This document shows, piece by piece, positions 46,172 through 55,952 of a DNA stretch of 64,000 nt. The notes below the pieces were generated by a model, which saw only the letters and a program-made list of their open reading frames with translations, had not been told where the DNA came from and did no database searches. Numbering within the stretch: position 1 is the stretch's first letter; every line of letters begins with the position of its first letter. A program made the position numbers and the translations under genes. Origin of the DNA: Saccharofermentanales bacterium (lineage in GTDB: Bacteria > Bacillota > Clostridia > Saccharofermentanales > DTU023); the NCBI GenBank assembly GCA_050945495.1, contig JBMNTA010000002.1:19240-83239 (forward strand). The letters run 5' to 3'.

Positions 46172-46762
46172 ATGAAACAGAACGATGTGAAAACGATCGT
46201 GTTGGCCGGCGTCGGCGGTCAAGGCACGATTCTTGTCTCGAAAATCTTGACGACGGCCCTGATCGATGCCGGCTACGACGTCAAAATGAGTGAGATCCAC
46301 GGCATGGCGCAACGCGGCGGCAGCGTCTCGACGACTGTCCGTTACGGCGAACACGTCGACGCCCCGCTCGTGGGCGAAGGCGCCGCCGACATTCTGGTCG
46401 CCTTCGAACAGATGGAGGCCGTCCGCTGGAGCACGTACCTCAAGCCCGACGGCATCATCGTCGTCAACGACTACAAGATCATGCCGCTCCCCGTCGCCTC
46501 CGGTGCCGCGGAGTACCCCGAAGGCTGCATCGAAGCCCTCGAGCAACATTTCGACGTGATCGCGTTCAATGCCGGCGATGCGGCGAAAGAACTCGGCAAC
46601 AGCCGCGTCATGAACATCATCATGCTCGGCGCCATGGTCGAGGCCTTTGAGATGAACGAGTTCGATTGGGACGCCGCCTTGGTGAAGATCTTGCCGCCGC
46701 GCTTTTTGGACATCAACCGAAAAGCGTTCGCGGTCGGCCGGTCGCTCGCCCAATCGTCGTAA
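46172..46762 (+). CDS. iorB: Indolepyruvate:ferredoxin oxidoreductase subunit beta
   Basis: The ATG at 46172 follows GGTGGAGGA plus 8 nt. The sequence is MKQNDVKTIVLAGVGGQGTILVSKIL...SEIHGMAQRGGSV. Confidence 0.85.
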   Translation: MKQNDVKTIVLAGVGGQGTILVSKILTTALIDAGYDVKMSEIHGMAQRGGSVSTTVRYGEHVDAPLVGEGAADILVAFEQMEAVRWSTYLKPDGIIVVNDYKIMPLPVASGAAEYPEGCIEALEQHFDVIAFNAGDAAKELGNSRVMNIIMLGAMVEAFEMNEFDWDAALVKILPPRFLDINRKAFAVGRSLAQSS

Positions 46763-46829
46763 CCGTCGCCACCGAAGGGCGGACGCTTCGTGCATCCGCC
46801 CACGCGCTTCTTTTGAGAAAGGACACCCG

Positions 46830-48059
46830 ATGACGCAACCCACTTCCCCCGCGCATTGTTCCGAGCACGCGCTCGCCTACGGGCGCCAACGCTCCGCCAT
46901 CCGCGAATTGTTCGAATACGGCAACCGGGTCGCCGAAGAGGTCGGCCGCGAGAACGTCTTTGATTTCAGTTTGGGCAATCCCAGCGTGCCGCCGCCCGAC
47001 GCCGTGTACGAGGCGTTTGAAACGCTTTTGGCGAACACCCCGCCGCTTGCGCTGCACGGCTACACGAGCGCGCCCGGCGATCCCGGCGTGCGCCGAGCGA
47101 TCGCCGACGCCTTGAACGCGCGCCACGGTACGTCGTACGACCAAAACAATGTGTTCATGACGTGCGGCGCCGCGGCCGCGTTGGCCTCGACGTTCCGCGC
47201 GCTGACGATCGACGACGAACCCAACGAATTCATCGCGCTCGCGCCTTACTTCCCCGAATACAACGCCTACGTGTCGGGGCAAAACGCCGAGCTGACGGTC
47301 GTGCCGCCGACGTATCCCGACTTCGGCTTGTCGATCGATGCCATCGAAGCGAGGATCGGTCCCCACACGCGGGCCGTGATCGTCAACTCCCCGAACAACC
47401 CGACGGGACGTCTGTATCCCGCGGAGGAATTGCGGGCGTTGGGCGAGATGTTGGATCGCGCGTCCGACAAGGTCGGCCACACGATCTACATCGTCTCCGA
47501 CGAGCCGTACCGCGAGCTCGTCTACGACGGCAAGACGACACCGTTCATTCCGAATCTGTACCGCAACACCATCGTCTGCTATTCGTACAGCAAAGTCCTG
47601 TCGATGCCCGGCAACCGCATCGGGTACGTCTTGGTGCCGTCCGACATCGATCACGCGGACGACATCTACGACGCCGTCGGCGGCGCCGCACGCCTCTTGG
47701 GCTACGTCTGTGCGCCGGCCCTGATCCAGCGCGTCATCGGCGAATGCGTCGACGTGCATCCCGATCTCGCGCCGTACGACGCCAACCGAAAGCTTCTGTA
47801 CGACGGGCTTACCGACGCGGGCTATCGGTGCGTCGTGCCGGAAGGCGCCTTTTACATGTTTGTCGAAGCGCCCGGCGGCGACGCACAGGCGTTCTCCGAC
47901 TTTGCGCGACTGAATTACAATTTGTTGACGGTGCCCTCCGAGAGCTTCGGCTGTCCCGGGTACCTCAGGATCTCTTACTGCGTGACCGACGATCAGATCC
48001 GACGCGCGCTGCCGCGCTTCAAGCGGTGCCTGGAGGAATGGAACGCCCGTCAAGCGTAG
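46830..48059 (+). CDS. PLP-dependent class I/II aminotransferase (aspartate/aromatic type)
   Basis: Motifs FSLGNPSVPPP, NSPNNPTGR and YSYSKVLSMPGNRIGY (PLP lysine). Confidence 0.8.
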   Translation: MTQPTSPAHCSEHALAYGRQRSAIRELFEYGNRVAEEVGRENVFDFSLGNPSVPPPDAVYEAFETLLANTPPLALHGYTSAPGDPGVRRAIADALNARHGTSYDQNNVFMTCGAAAALASTFRALTIDDEPNEFIALAPYFPEYNAYVSGQNAELTVVPPTYPDFGLSIDAIEARIGPHTRAVIVNSPNNPTGRLYPAEELRALGEMLDRASDKVGHTIYIVSDEPYRELVYDGKTTPFIPNLYRNTIVCYSYSKVLSMPGNRIGYVLVPSDIDHADDIYDAVGGAARLLGYVCAPALIQRVIGECVDVHPDLAPYDANRKLLYDGLTDAGYRCVVPEGAFYMFVEAPGGDAQAFSDFARLNYNLLTVPSESFGCPGYLRISYCVTDDQIRRALPRFKRCLEEWNARQA

Positions 48060-48094
48060 ACGACGAACGCACCGGGGGCGTTTGAGGGAAAGCC

Positions 48095-49393
48095 ATGACG
48101 AAAGAAGCATTGAAGCAAGCGGTGGCGGAGGCCATCGACGCCCGTCGCGACGCCATCATCGCCTGCGGGGAAGCGATCGGGCATGCCCCCGAACTCGGAT
48201 TCAAAGAACATCGAACGGCCGCCCGCGTACAGGCGGTGCTCAACGAGCTCGGCATCCCGAACGAGGGCGGGCTGGCTGTGACCGGCGTGCGCGGCCGACT
48301 TTGCGGCCGACGATCGATCCGCCGCGTCGCCCTGGTGGGCGAGCTCGACGCCGTCGTCTGTCACGACCATCCGACGGCGGATCCGGAGACGGGCGCGGCC
48401 CACGCGTGCGGTCACAACGGACAAATCGCCGCCATGTTGGGGGCCGCCATGGGGCTCGTCACCGTCGCCGACCGACTCGACGGCGACATCGATTTCTTCG
48501 CCGTGCCCGCCGAAGAATGCGTCGAAATGACATACCGCAAGGCATTGCGCGAACGCGGGGCCATTCGCTACTTCAGCGGCAAACAGGAATGGCTTCGCCT
48601 CGGCTGTTTCGATGACGTCGACGCGTGCATGCTGATCCACTCGCATGCCCGCGAATCGTCGCGTAAATTCATGCTCGGGGGCGGCAGTTCGGGGTTCATC
48701 GCCAAGTTGATCCGCTTCATCGGCAAAGATGCCCACGCGGGCGCCGCGCCGTACGAAGGCATCAACGCCTTAAATGCCGCGGCTCTGGCAATCCTCGCGA
48801 TGCACACGCAGCGCGAGACGTTTCGGGACGAAGACGCCATCCGTGTCCATGCCATCATCACCAAGGGCGGCGACCTCGTGAACGTCGTCCCCGCCGACGT
48901 CCGCATGGAGGCCTACGTCCGCGGCAACAATTTGCCCGCCATCCGCGACGCGGCGGCCAAAGTCGACCGCGCGATCGAAGCGAGCGCCATGGCGGTCGGC
49001 GCCACGGTCGAGATCGAGGACGTGCCGGGCTATCTTCCCCTGATCCAAAACGATCGGATGAACACATTGTTTGCGAAAAACGGCGCCGCGCTCCTCGGCG
49101 AAGACAACATCGTCTACGGCGTGGATTTGTTGGGCGCGTCCGATGCCGGCGACGTGAGCCACCACCTCCCCGTCATCAACGTCTTGACGGGCGGCTACGC
49201 GGGCGAAGCCCACAGCCGGACGTTCCGCGTCGTCGACCCCGAGATGGCGTACGTCCTCCCCGCCAAAGCGCTGGCGATGACCGTCGTCGATTTGTTGTGG
49301 AACGGTGCGCACGAACTGAACGACATCGCCGAGCATTTCGTGCCCGCGATGTCGAAAGCGGCGTATTTTCGATATCTGAACGGCGACGTCTAA
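48095..49393 (+). CDS. M20-family amidohydrolase (aminoacylase/peptidase type)
   Basis: AHACGHNGQIAAMLGAA matches a metal-binding motif. The size and dimerisation-domain layout are typical of M20D. Confidence 0.7.
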   Translation: MTKEALKQAVAEAIDARRDAIIACGEAIGHAPELGFKEHRTAARVQAVLNELGIPNEGGLAVTGVRGRLCGRRSIRRVALVGELDAVVCHDHPTADPETGAAHACGHNGQIAAMLGAAMGLVTVADRLDGDIDFFAVPAEECVEMTYRKALRERGAIRYFSGKQEWLRLGCFDDVDACMLIHSHARESSRKFMLGGGSSGFIAKLIRFIGKDAHAGAAPYEGINALNAAALAILAMHTQRETFRDEDAIRVHAIITKGGDLVNVVPADVRMEAYVRGNNLPAIRDAAAKVDRAIEASAMAVGATVEIEDVPGYLPLIQNDRMNTLFAKNGAALLGEDNIVYGVDLLGASDAGDVSHHLPVINVLTGGYAGEAHSRTFRVVDPEMAYVLPAKALAMTVVDLLWNGAHELNDIAEHFVPAMSKAAYFRYLNGDV

Positions 49394-50235
49394 CCGACGA
49401 AGCGTTCTCCCGCTTCGTACCAGACGGTTTGGTCAAATCCCAATTGTGTCAAATACGCGAGCGTCTCGCGCACAAATCGGCCGTTTTGGCGCGGCGCATG
49501 CGCATCGGACGCGATCGAGACATACCGACCGCCGAGCTCACGGTAGCGCATGAGAATCGCCCGATCGGGCATGGCGTCTTCCAACGTGTAATGCTTTTTT
49601 CGCGTCAAGGCATCGACCGTGCCCGTATTGATTTCCAACACTTGATCGTTTTTCACCATCACGCGGAACAGCCGATCGAAGGCCTCCGGCGCGTGGTGAT
49701 AGCACATCTTGGATCGTTCGATCGGCGCGTAGCGGGAAAAGAAATCGTAATGGCCGACGATGTGGGCCTCCGACATGTCTTCGGCCGAGTCGGCGATCGC
49801 CTCGATGACCTCCGTGTAGACGGCCTCCAACGGTCCCGTGTAAACTTGCTCGGCATGGCTGTACGGATCGTGATGATGCAGGTAATGGAGCGAGACGATC
49901 GAAAAGTCGAACGGATAGCCGGCCAACAGGCGATGCAACGTTCTGCTCGTCTCGGGCATCCAGCCGACTTCGACCGCCACCAAAAAGCCCACGGGATCCC
50001 CCGGCGCCCGCGTCGACGGCCGACGCCGACGGGGATAAAACGTTTCCATGTAGGCGTCGGGATCGAAGATCCACGGATCGCCGGACGACGTCACGCAGTC
50101 GGGATCGTAATGATCCGAGATCGCGACCCCCGCGATGCCGCGCCGTGCCGTCGCCTCAAGGATCTCCTCGTACGTCTGCGACGCATCGGGCGACCAACCG
50201 GCCAGATGATTGTGCGTGTCGACCAGCGTGCTCAA
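49390..50235 (-). CDS. PHP-domain histidinol-phosphatase family protein (HisJ-like)
   Basis: The TTG at 50233-50235 overlaps the pncB stop (TTGA), giving (M)STLVDTHNHL.... It also has VSLHYLHHHD and IASDAHAP. The ATG at 50283 in the track would overlap pncB by 52 nt. Confidence 0.7.
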   Translation of the reverse strand: MSTLVDTHNHLAGWSPDASQTYEEILEATARRGIAGVAISDHYDPDCVTSSGDPWIFDPDAYMETFYPRRRRPSTRAPGDPVGFLVAVEVGWMPETSRTLHRLLAGYPFDFSIVSLHYLHHHDPYSHAEQVYTGPLEAVYTEVIEAIADSAEDMSEAHIVGHYDFFSRYAPIERSKMCYHHAPEAFDRLFRVMVKNDQVLEINTGTVDALTRKKHYTLEDAMPDRAILMRYRELGGRYVSIASDAHAPRQNGRFVRETLAYLTQLGFDQTVWYEAGERFVG

Positions 50236-51698
50236 TCCGTCGTGGGTGCGTTTTGATGCAGGAAGCGATCTTTCAACGTCCATAATTTCTCCGATAGGTC
50301 AACGTAGTAGATTTGCGGATTCTCGAAGCGTTTCATCGTGTCCCAAAGGGTCGTCAACTGTGCTTCGCAGTGTGCGCGGATGGCCTCGATGTCGGGACGC
50401 TCATAGCACAGGCGCCCTTTTCGGAAGATCGGTTGCAAGAGCGGCTCGGCGCGAAAATCGGTCAACGTCTTCCGCTTCCACGTGTGTTCGGGATCGAAAA
50501 TCGTCAAGGGCTTCGTGTCGTCGATCACTTCGTCGGCCAACGTGATGAGATCGGCCTCGACGCGGCCCGTCGTCGCGTTGAAGAGGCGATAGACGCTTTT
50601 ATCGCCGGGGTTCGTCACCTTCGCCGGGTTGTCGGAAAATTTCATCCGGGGGACGAGCCGTCCATCATCGCCGATCGCGGAGAGTTTGTAGACGCCGCTG
50701 AAGACCGGCTCGGCGCGCGACGTGATGAGGCGTTCGCCGACGCCGAAGGAGTCGACCCGGGCGCCTTGGTGCAACAAGTCACGGATCAAATATTCGTCGA
50801 TCGCGCTGCTGAGCGTAATCTGGCAATCGGTCAAGCCGGCTTCGTCGAGCATCTTCCGCGTCTCGATCGAGAGATACGCAAGGTCTCCGGAGTCGATGCG
50901 CACCGCGATCAGGCGCTTGCCCTGCGGCTCCAGGATGTCTTTGGCCACCTTGATCGCATTCGGTACGCCCGACCGAAGCGTGTTGTACGTGTCCACCAAG
51001 AGTTGGCAGTTGTCGGGGTACGTCGTCGCGTACGCCGCGAACGCATCGTACTCGGTGTCGAACGCCTGCACCCAACTGTGCGCCATCGTCCCCAGGGCCG
51101 GAATGTCGAACAGTTCGCCCGCGACGGTACACGATGTGCCGGCCACGCCGCCGATGTAGGCCGCGCGAGCACCCAAGACGGACGCCGTGGTCCCCTGAGC
51201 GCGCCGGGCGCCGAATTCCATGATCGGACGACCCTTCGCGGCGCGCACGATGCGCGACGATTTCGTGGCGATGAGGCTCTGGTGGTTGATGGTCAAGAGG
51301 ATCATCGTCTCGACCAGTTGCGCCTGGATGATCGGGCCCTTCACTTTGACGATCGGCTCGCCCGGGAAGATCGGGGTGCCCTCCGACACCGCCCAGACAT
51401 CGCACGCAAGCTCAAAGTTTCTCAAATACTCGAGAAAGCCGGGATCAAAGACGCCGAAGCTTTCCAAATACGCGATGTCGTCGTCGGTAAAATGCAGGTG
51501 TTCGAGGTAATCGATCATCTGTTCGACGCCGGCCATGATCGCAAATCCGCCCGCTTCGGGCACGTCGCGGAAAAACATGTCGAACACGGCGATCGTGTCG
51601 CGCATGCCGTTGCAAAAATAGCCGTTGCCCATCGTCAACTCATAGTAGTCCGTGAGCATCGATCGGTTGATGTTTTCATTCCATGCGAGTTCTGTCAT
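50232..51698 (-). CDS. pncB: Nicotinate phosphoribosyltransferase
   Basis: The ATG at 51696-51698 follows AAGGAG plus 7 nt. The sequence is MTELAWNENINRSMLTDYYELTMGNGYF...GTMAHSWVQAF...VRIDSGDLAYLS. Confidence 0.9.
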   Translation of the reverse strand: MTELAWNENINRSMLTDYYELTMGNGYFCNGMRDTIAVFDMFFRDVPEAGGFAIMAGVEQMIDYLEHLHFTDDDIAYLESFGVFDPGFLEYLRNFELACDVWAVSEGTPIFPGEPIVKVKGPIIQAQLVETMILLTINHQSLIATKSSRIVRAAKGRPIMEFGARRAQGTTASVLGARAAYIGGVAGTSCTVAGELFDIPALGTMAHSWVQAFDTEYDAFAAYATTYPDNCQLLVDTYNTLRSGVPNAIKVAKDILEPQGKRLIAVRIDSGDLAYLSIETRKMLDEAGLTDCQITLSSAIDEYLIRDLLHQGARVDSFGVGERLITSRAEPVFSGVYKLSAIGDDGRLVPRMKFSDNPAKVTNPGDKSVYRLFNATTGRVEADLITLADEVIDDTKPLTIFDPEHTWKRKTLTDFRAEPLLQPIFRKGRLCYERPDIEAIRAHCEAQLTTLWDTMKRFENPQIYYVDLSEKLWTLKDRFLHQNAPTTD

Positions 51699-52557
51699 CG
51701 GATGACTCCTTTGAAGGCGCGGGATACAGTCGCGCCCGTTTTGATGCGCGTCGCGGGTCGTCGTAAGGCCAGCGATCGCCGCCGAACAGCGTTTCGGCAA
51801 AATAGACGTGTTCCAACACCAGGCCTTCCGGGGGCATCGTCGGTCCCGCCGACACACGCCGTCCGGATGCCAGGATATATGAGATGTCGCCCGCGGCAAG
51901 TTTGCCCTGCCCGACGTACACCAAGGTCCCCACGAGGATGCGGACCATGTGATACAGAAAACCGTCGCCCGTCACCCGCACGGTGAGTGTGCGATCGTCG
52001 TCGTCGAGCTCGACCGCGTACAGCGTTCGAATCGGACGTCGGGTCGGCGAACCTTGGTCCATCAGGGCGGTGAAATCGTGCGTACCTACGAAGGCGTCGG
52101 CCGCCTCGGCCATCGCGTTGATGTCAAGCTCCCCCGGCACGTGCGCAGCCGTATGGCGGTCGATCACGGGTCGAATCGGCCCTCGGACGATCGTGTAACG
52201 GTAGCGTTTCCCCAAAGCGTCGTAACGCGGGTTGAAATCGCCGTGCACCCGGCGGGCGTCATGAACGGCCACGGTGGGCGGCAACGCCGTATTCCACGCC
52301 AAAGCGATGCGCTCCGTCGGGATGGTGGTGCGGGACGTAAAGGCGGAGACGTGCCGCCGTGCCGAGACGCCGGCGTCGGTGCGCGATCCGCCGACCAAGC
52401 GCACCGTTTCGCCCGTCAAACGTTGCCAAGCGTCTTCGAGACATGCTTGGACCGAGGGGGCGTTCGACTGGCGCTGCCATCCGGAGAAGGCCGCGCCGTC
52501 GTATTCGGCGGTGATCGCGTAGCGGGCGCCGAGCAATGTCGATTCGTCAGCGGACAA
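51676..52557 (-). CDS. truA: tRNA pseudouridine(38-40) synthase TruA
   Basis: YAITAEYDGAAFSGWQRQ, GGSRTDAGVSA (catalytic Asp) and FLYHMVRILVGTL. The TTG at 52555-52557 follows GGAAGGAG plus 5 nt. An alternative ATG is at 52605. Confidence 0.85.
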   Translation of the reverse strand: MSADESTLLGARYAITAEYDGAAFSGWQRQSNAPSVQACLEDAWQRLTGETVRLVGGSRTDAGVSARRHVSAFTSRTTIPTERIALAWNTALPPTVAVHDARRVHGDFNPRYDALGKRYRYTIVRGPIRPVIDRHTAAHVPGELDINAMAEAADAFVGTHDFTALMDQGSPTRRPIRTLYAVELDDDDRTLTVRVTGDGFLYHMVRILVGTLVYVGQGKLAAGDISYILASGRRVSAGPTMPPEGLVLEHVYFAETLFGGDRWPYDDPRRASKRARLYPAPSKESSDDRTRME

Positions 52558-52636
52558 GGTCACTCCTTCCTCGCCCGCTCGAGGGATCGATGAGGGGCGG
52601 GGCATCGGCTCTTATGATACCACGCCCCCAAGTCGA

Positions 52637-53803
52637 TTACTGTGTCGTGTCCGGCTCCATGTTGATCGCATCACGTTGGCGCACGCGGCTGAACGCGAGG
52701 GCCAGGAGCAGATAGATCACGGCGAACGCCGCTTGAATCACGAAGTTGCGGGCGACATCGCCGACATCGTTGATGACGCGGATCGCGTAGTATATGGGCG
52801 TCATCTTCGCGAGCGTCGTCGCGAACGCGCCGATGTACGCCTGCGGCACCATGACGCCGGAGATGAACGCGACGCCCAACGGCAGGATGTTCGCCATGGC
52901 ACGGACGGCTTCCACGTTCTTTGTCAGCGACACGATAAGGTACGAGAAGGCCAGCGAATTCACGGCCATCATGGCGAGATTCCCCATGTATAAACCGAAT
53001 GAGGTCGAATCGTACGGTCGCCCCGCGATGACGATCGGCGCGATCACGAAGACCCCCCAGATTGCAACCGTCAAAAGCAACAGTCCGAGCAACATCTGGA
53101 GACGATGACGCCCCGGGTGAAACCCTGAGATCATCGTTCGCCAGTAGACGCGGTTGTGCTTAAATTCGATCATCAATTTCGACGACGAAAGCAAGACGGT
53201 CGTCACGATGATGTAGAGGGCAAATTTAAAATAAATTTGCAACCATTGTGCCTGCAAGAGCGCCGCGTCGGGAGGGTTCTCCACCCAGACAAATCGGCTC
53301 ACGGGTTGAAGCGCACGCTCAACCGCCGCAACATCGACCGCACCCGCCGTCTTGAGGCTGGCCGCGGCAAACCGCGTGAACTGATCGATTTCTTGCTCAA
53401 CGTACCAGCCCTGCGAGACCTTGGGGTCGATCATGTATGAGACGGCCGAAGTGCCGTTTAGAAGATGGTCCGCCATCCCCGGCTCGATCGTCACGGCGGC
53501 GTTGATGTTTTCGGTCAAGAGGGCCTCACGCACCGCCATGTCGTCCGTCGTCGGCAAATCGACGATCCAAAAACGCGTGTCGAGGTAGTCGACGAGGGCG
53601 CGGGAGAGCGCCGATTGATCTCGGTCGTCGACAAAGATCGAGACGTTCATGCGTGTCATCGCATTCACGTCCCCCACAGTCTCGGACGGCGGCGTCATGG
53701 CCTCGGCGGTCCAAATGGAAATCAAGAGGAAAATCACCACGTAAAGGATGACATCGACCAAATTACGTTTTAACAATCGAAAAAACGTTTTCAAAACAAT
53801 CAC
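52637..53803 (-). CDS. ABC-2 type transporter permease
   Basis: The GTG at 53801-53803 follows AGGAGG plus 6 nt. It has an N-terminal TM helix, a large extracytoplasmic loop and then 5 TM helices, the ABC-2 topology. Confidence 0.75.
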   Translation of the reverse strand: MIVLKTFFRLLKRNLVDVILYVVIFLLISIWTAEAMTPPSETVGDVNAMTRMNVSIFVDDRDQSALSRALVDYLDTRFWIVDLPTTDDMAVREALLTENINAAVTIEPGMADHLLNGTSAVSYMIDPKVSQGWYVEQEIDQFTRFAAASLKTAGAVDVAAVERALQPVSRFVWVENPPDAALLQAQWLQIYFKFALYIIVTTVLLSSSKLMIEFKHNRVYWRTMISGFHPGRHRLQMLLGLLLLTVAIWGVFVIAPIVIAGRPYDSTSFGLYMGNLAMMAVNSLAFSYLIVSLTKNVEAVRAMANILPLGVAFISGVMVPQAYIGAFATTLAKMTPIYYAIRVINDVGDVARNFVIQAAFAVIYLLLALAFSRVRQRDAINMEPDTTQ

Positions 53804-53813
53804 GGTCAACCTC

Positions 53814-54869
53814 CTACAATTTTTTGAAGCTGCGACGACGCAACAAGACAATGGACACCGTGATAAAGATCGCCGCGTAGGCGAGAATCAGCGGCGCCGC
53901 GTGCCAACAGGCCGAAACATCCCCAAAAACATTCACGCGAAAGAAACTTTCCGTAAGACGCGCGACCGGGTTTATTTGGTTGATGATCGGAGCATGGAGC
54001 GTAATCGCATTGCGGACGTCGACGCTCATCATGCCGGATAAGAACGCCATCAGAAGCGATCCCACGATGCCGACGACGGAGCGTGCCCAGGCGGGCATAC
54101 GGATGGCGCCGAACATCAGCCCTTCGGTGATCCCGAAGAACATCCCAAGCAAAATGACAACGGCGGAGGGACCCGGCGCTTGGATGAGATCGAGTCCGAG
54201 GATCACGTCGGACAGGATGTAGAGCAAGATCATCGTGACGGAGAGTTGAATCGCCGACGAGAGGATCCCCGCCAGAACGCCCTTCCACGGACGCACGGGC
54301 GATACGCCGATCCGCTGCGATGTCTGGCTCGTTCCCCCGCGGAAGAGTTCTGTGACAAACATCGATCCGAAGTAGCCGTATAAACTGAACATCGCAAAAA
54401 TGTTGTAAAAATAGACGGAAAATTCGTTGTTCACGGCTGCCTTTCGCGTCGTAAATGCTCCCCGTTCCATCGTGAGATGTTCCGTCGCGGGCCAAAGTGC
54501 CCGAATGCGTCGGTACTCGGTCATGATGGCTCGGACAATCTCCTGATGGATCCCCTCTTTGGTGATCATGACGTCGCCGTCGTATCGGACGTAGGCCGTG
54601 ATCGTGCCATCTTCCAAGGCGTCGCGCGCCGCCGCCTCGTCCATCGTAAAGACTTCCGCCACCCCGATCTCCTGAAATGCCTCTTTCATCGGATGGTCGG
54701 CCGCCATCCCGACCGCGATGTCGGGGGCGGCGACATTCTGAAGCCCGGAAAATGCGGCGTACATCAACAGCATCAGAATCAAGGGATAGATCATGACCCA
54801 GAAACTCGAGTTCTTCTCGCGGATGTTAACCTTCAAAAAGGTCCCCGTCATGCGCAACGTCGCCCTCAT
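53814..54869 (-). CDS. ABC-2 type transporter permease
   Basis: 351 aa with the same topology as its neighbour. The ATG overlaps the ATPase stop (ATGA). Confidence 0.75.
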   Translation of the reverse strand: MRATLRMTGTFLKVNIREKNSSFWVMIYPLILMLLMYAAFSGLQNVAAPDIAVGMAADHPMKEAFQEIGVAEVFTMDEAAARDALEDGTITAYVRYDGDVMITKEGIHQEIVRAIMTEYRRIRALWPATEHLTMERGAFTTRKAAVNNEFSVYFYNIFAMFSLYGYFGSMFVTELFRGGTSQTSQRIGVSPVRPWKGVLAGILSSAIQLSVTMILLYILSDVILGLDLIQAPGPSAVVILLGMFFGITEGLMFGAIRMPAWARSVVGIVGSLLMAFLSGMMSVDVRNAITLHAPIINQINPVARLTESFFRVNVFGDVSACWHAAPLILAYAAIFITVSIVLLRRRSFKKL

Positions 54870-55807
54870 GCGTCCCTCAGCTCCTTCCCCGTGAAGGCGA
54901 GGAACACGTCATTTAACGACGGCCGCTCGCTGTAGAGCTCGGTGTAGGGCACGTTGTGCTCATTGAGCAATGCCATCAGACGATATAGGTTGTCGGCGTC
55001 CTTGGCAAACTTCAAGATGTGGCTCATGCCGTCGTTCGCCGTTTTCACGTCGAGGATGTGCGGCAACCGATGGATCATGTCCACCACTTCCGGGAACGCG
55101 TTCGGGAAGCGGATGTGAATGATCTCGGCCGTGTCGATCATGGCCATCAGTTCGTCCAGCGTCCCTTCGGCGATGTTCTTGCCCTTGTCCATGATGACGA
55201 TGCGCGTGCAGATCTGCTGCGCTTCCTCGAGGTAGTGCGTCGTGTAGACGATGGAGGTTCCCTCGTCGTTCATTTTTTGGACGCCTTCCAAAATGAAGTT
55301 GCGGCTCTGGGCGTCGACGGCGACCGTCGGCTCGTCGAGGAACAGCAATTCCGGGCGATGGGCGACGCCGCACGCGATGTTCAGACGACGGCGCATGCCG
55401 CCCGACAGCTTCTTCGGCAGGAATTTTTCGTAGCCTTCCAGCCCCGTGAACGCGATGGCGTCGTGAATCTTTTCGCGGCGTTCGTCTTTGTCGTCGACGT
55501 ACAGACCGCAGAAATAATCGATGTTCTCCCACACGGTGAGTTGCGGGAAGTATGCGAGCGACTGCGGCACGACACCGATCCGAGCTTTCGTCGCCCAATC
55601 GTCGGAGCGCATCGGTCGACCGAACAACCGCACCTCCCCTTTGTCGTATTTCAACAGCGCAAGCATGCAGTTGATGAGGGTCGTTTTGCCGGAGCCGTTC
55701 GGCCCCAGGAGCCCGACGATCTCCCCTTCCTTCACGTGAAAGTCGAAGTGGTCGAGCGCGATCAATTCTTTGTAACGTTTGACGATTTGATTGACTTCAA
55801 TGAGCAC
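54866..55807 (-). CDS. ABC transporter ATP-binding protein (ABC-2/DrrA-like exporter subfamily)
   Basis: Motifs GPNGSGKTT, LSGGMRRRL and LFLDEPT. The GTG at 55805-55807 follows AAAGGTGG plus 8 nt. Confidence 0.85.
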   Translation of the reverse strand: MLIEVNQIVKRYKELIALDHFDFHVKEGEIVGLLGPNGSGKTTLINCMLALLKYDKGEVRLFGRPMRSDDWATKARIGVVPQSLAYFPQLTVWENIDYFCGLYVDDKDERREKIHDAIAFTGLEGYEKFLPKKLSGGMRRRLNIACGVAHRPELLFLDEPTVAVDAQSRNFILEGVQKMNDEGTSIVYTTHYLEEAQQICTRIVIMDKGKNIAEGTLDELMAMIDTAEIIHIRFPNAFPEVVDMIHRLPHILDVKTANDGMSHILKFAKDADNLYRLMALLNEHNVPYTELYSERPSLNDVFLAFTGKELRDA

Positions 55808-55893
55808 CGTTCCGCCCACCTTTCTTCAATGTACTGTATCCATTGTCGGCCATCATCGTGTATCTTGTTAGTGTCGGATGTCGTAAGTTTCGC

Positions 55894-55907
55894 ATGACAT
55901 TTGTCAT
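55894..55907. promoter_or_regulatory. Palindrome ATGAC-ATTT-GTCAT in the divergent ABC / two-component promoter region (candidate operator)
   Basis: It is a perfect 5-bp inverted repeat with a 4-nt spacer, 46 nt upstream of the kinase start. Any function is inferred only. Confidence 0.3.
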
Positions 55908-55952
55908 CGTTTGGATCGATGTCCGTGAAAACGGGGGAAGGAGGTTCGTTCG

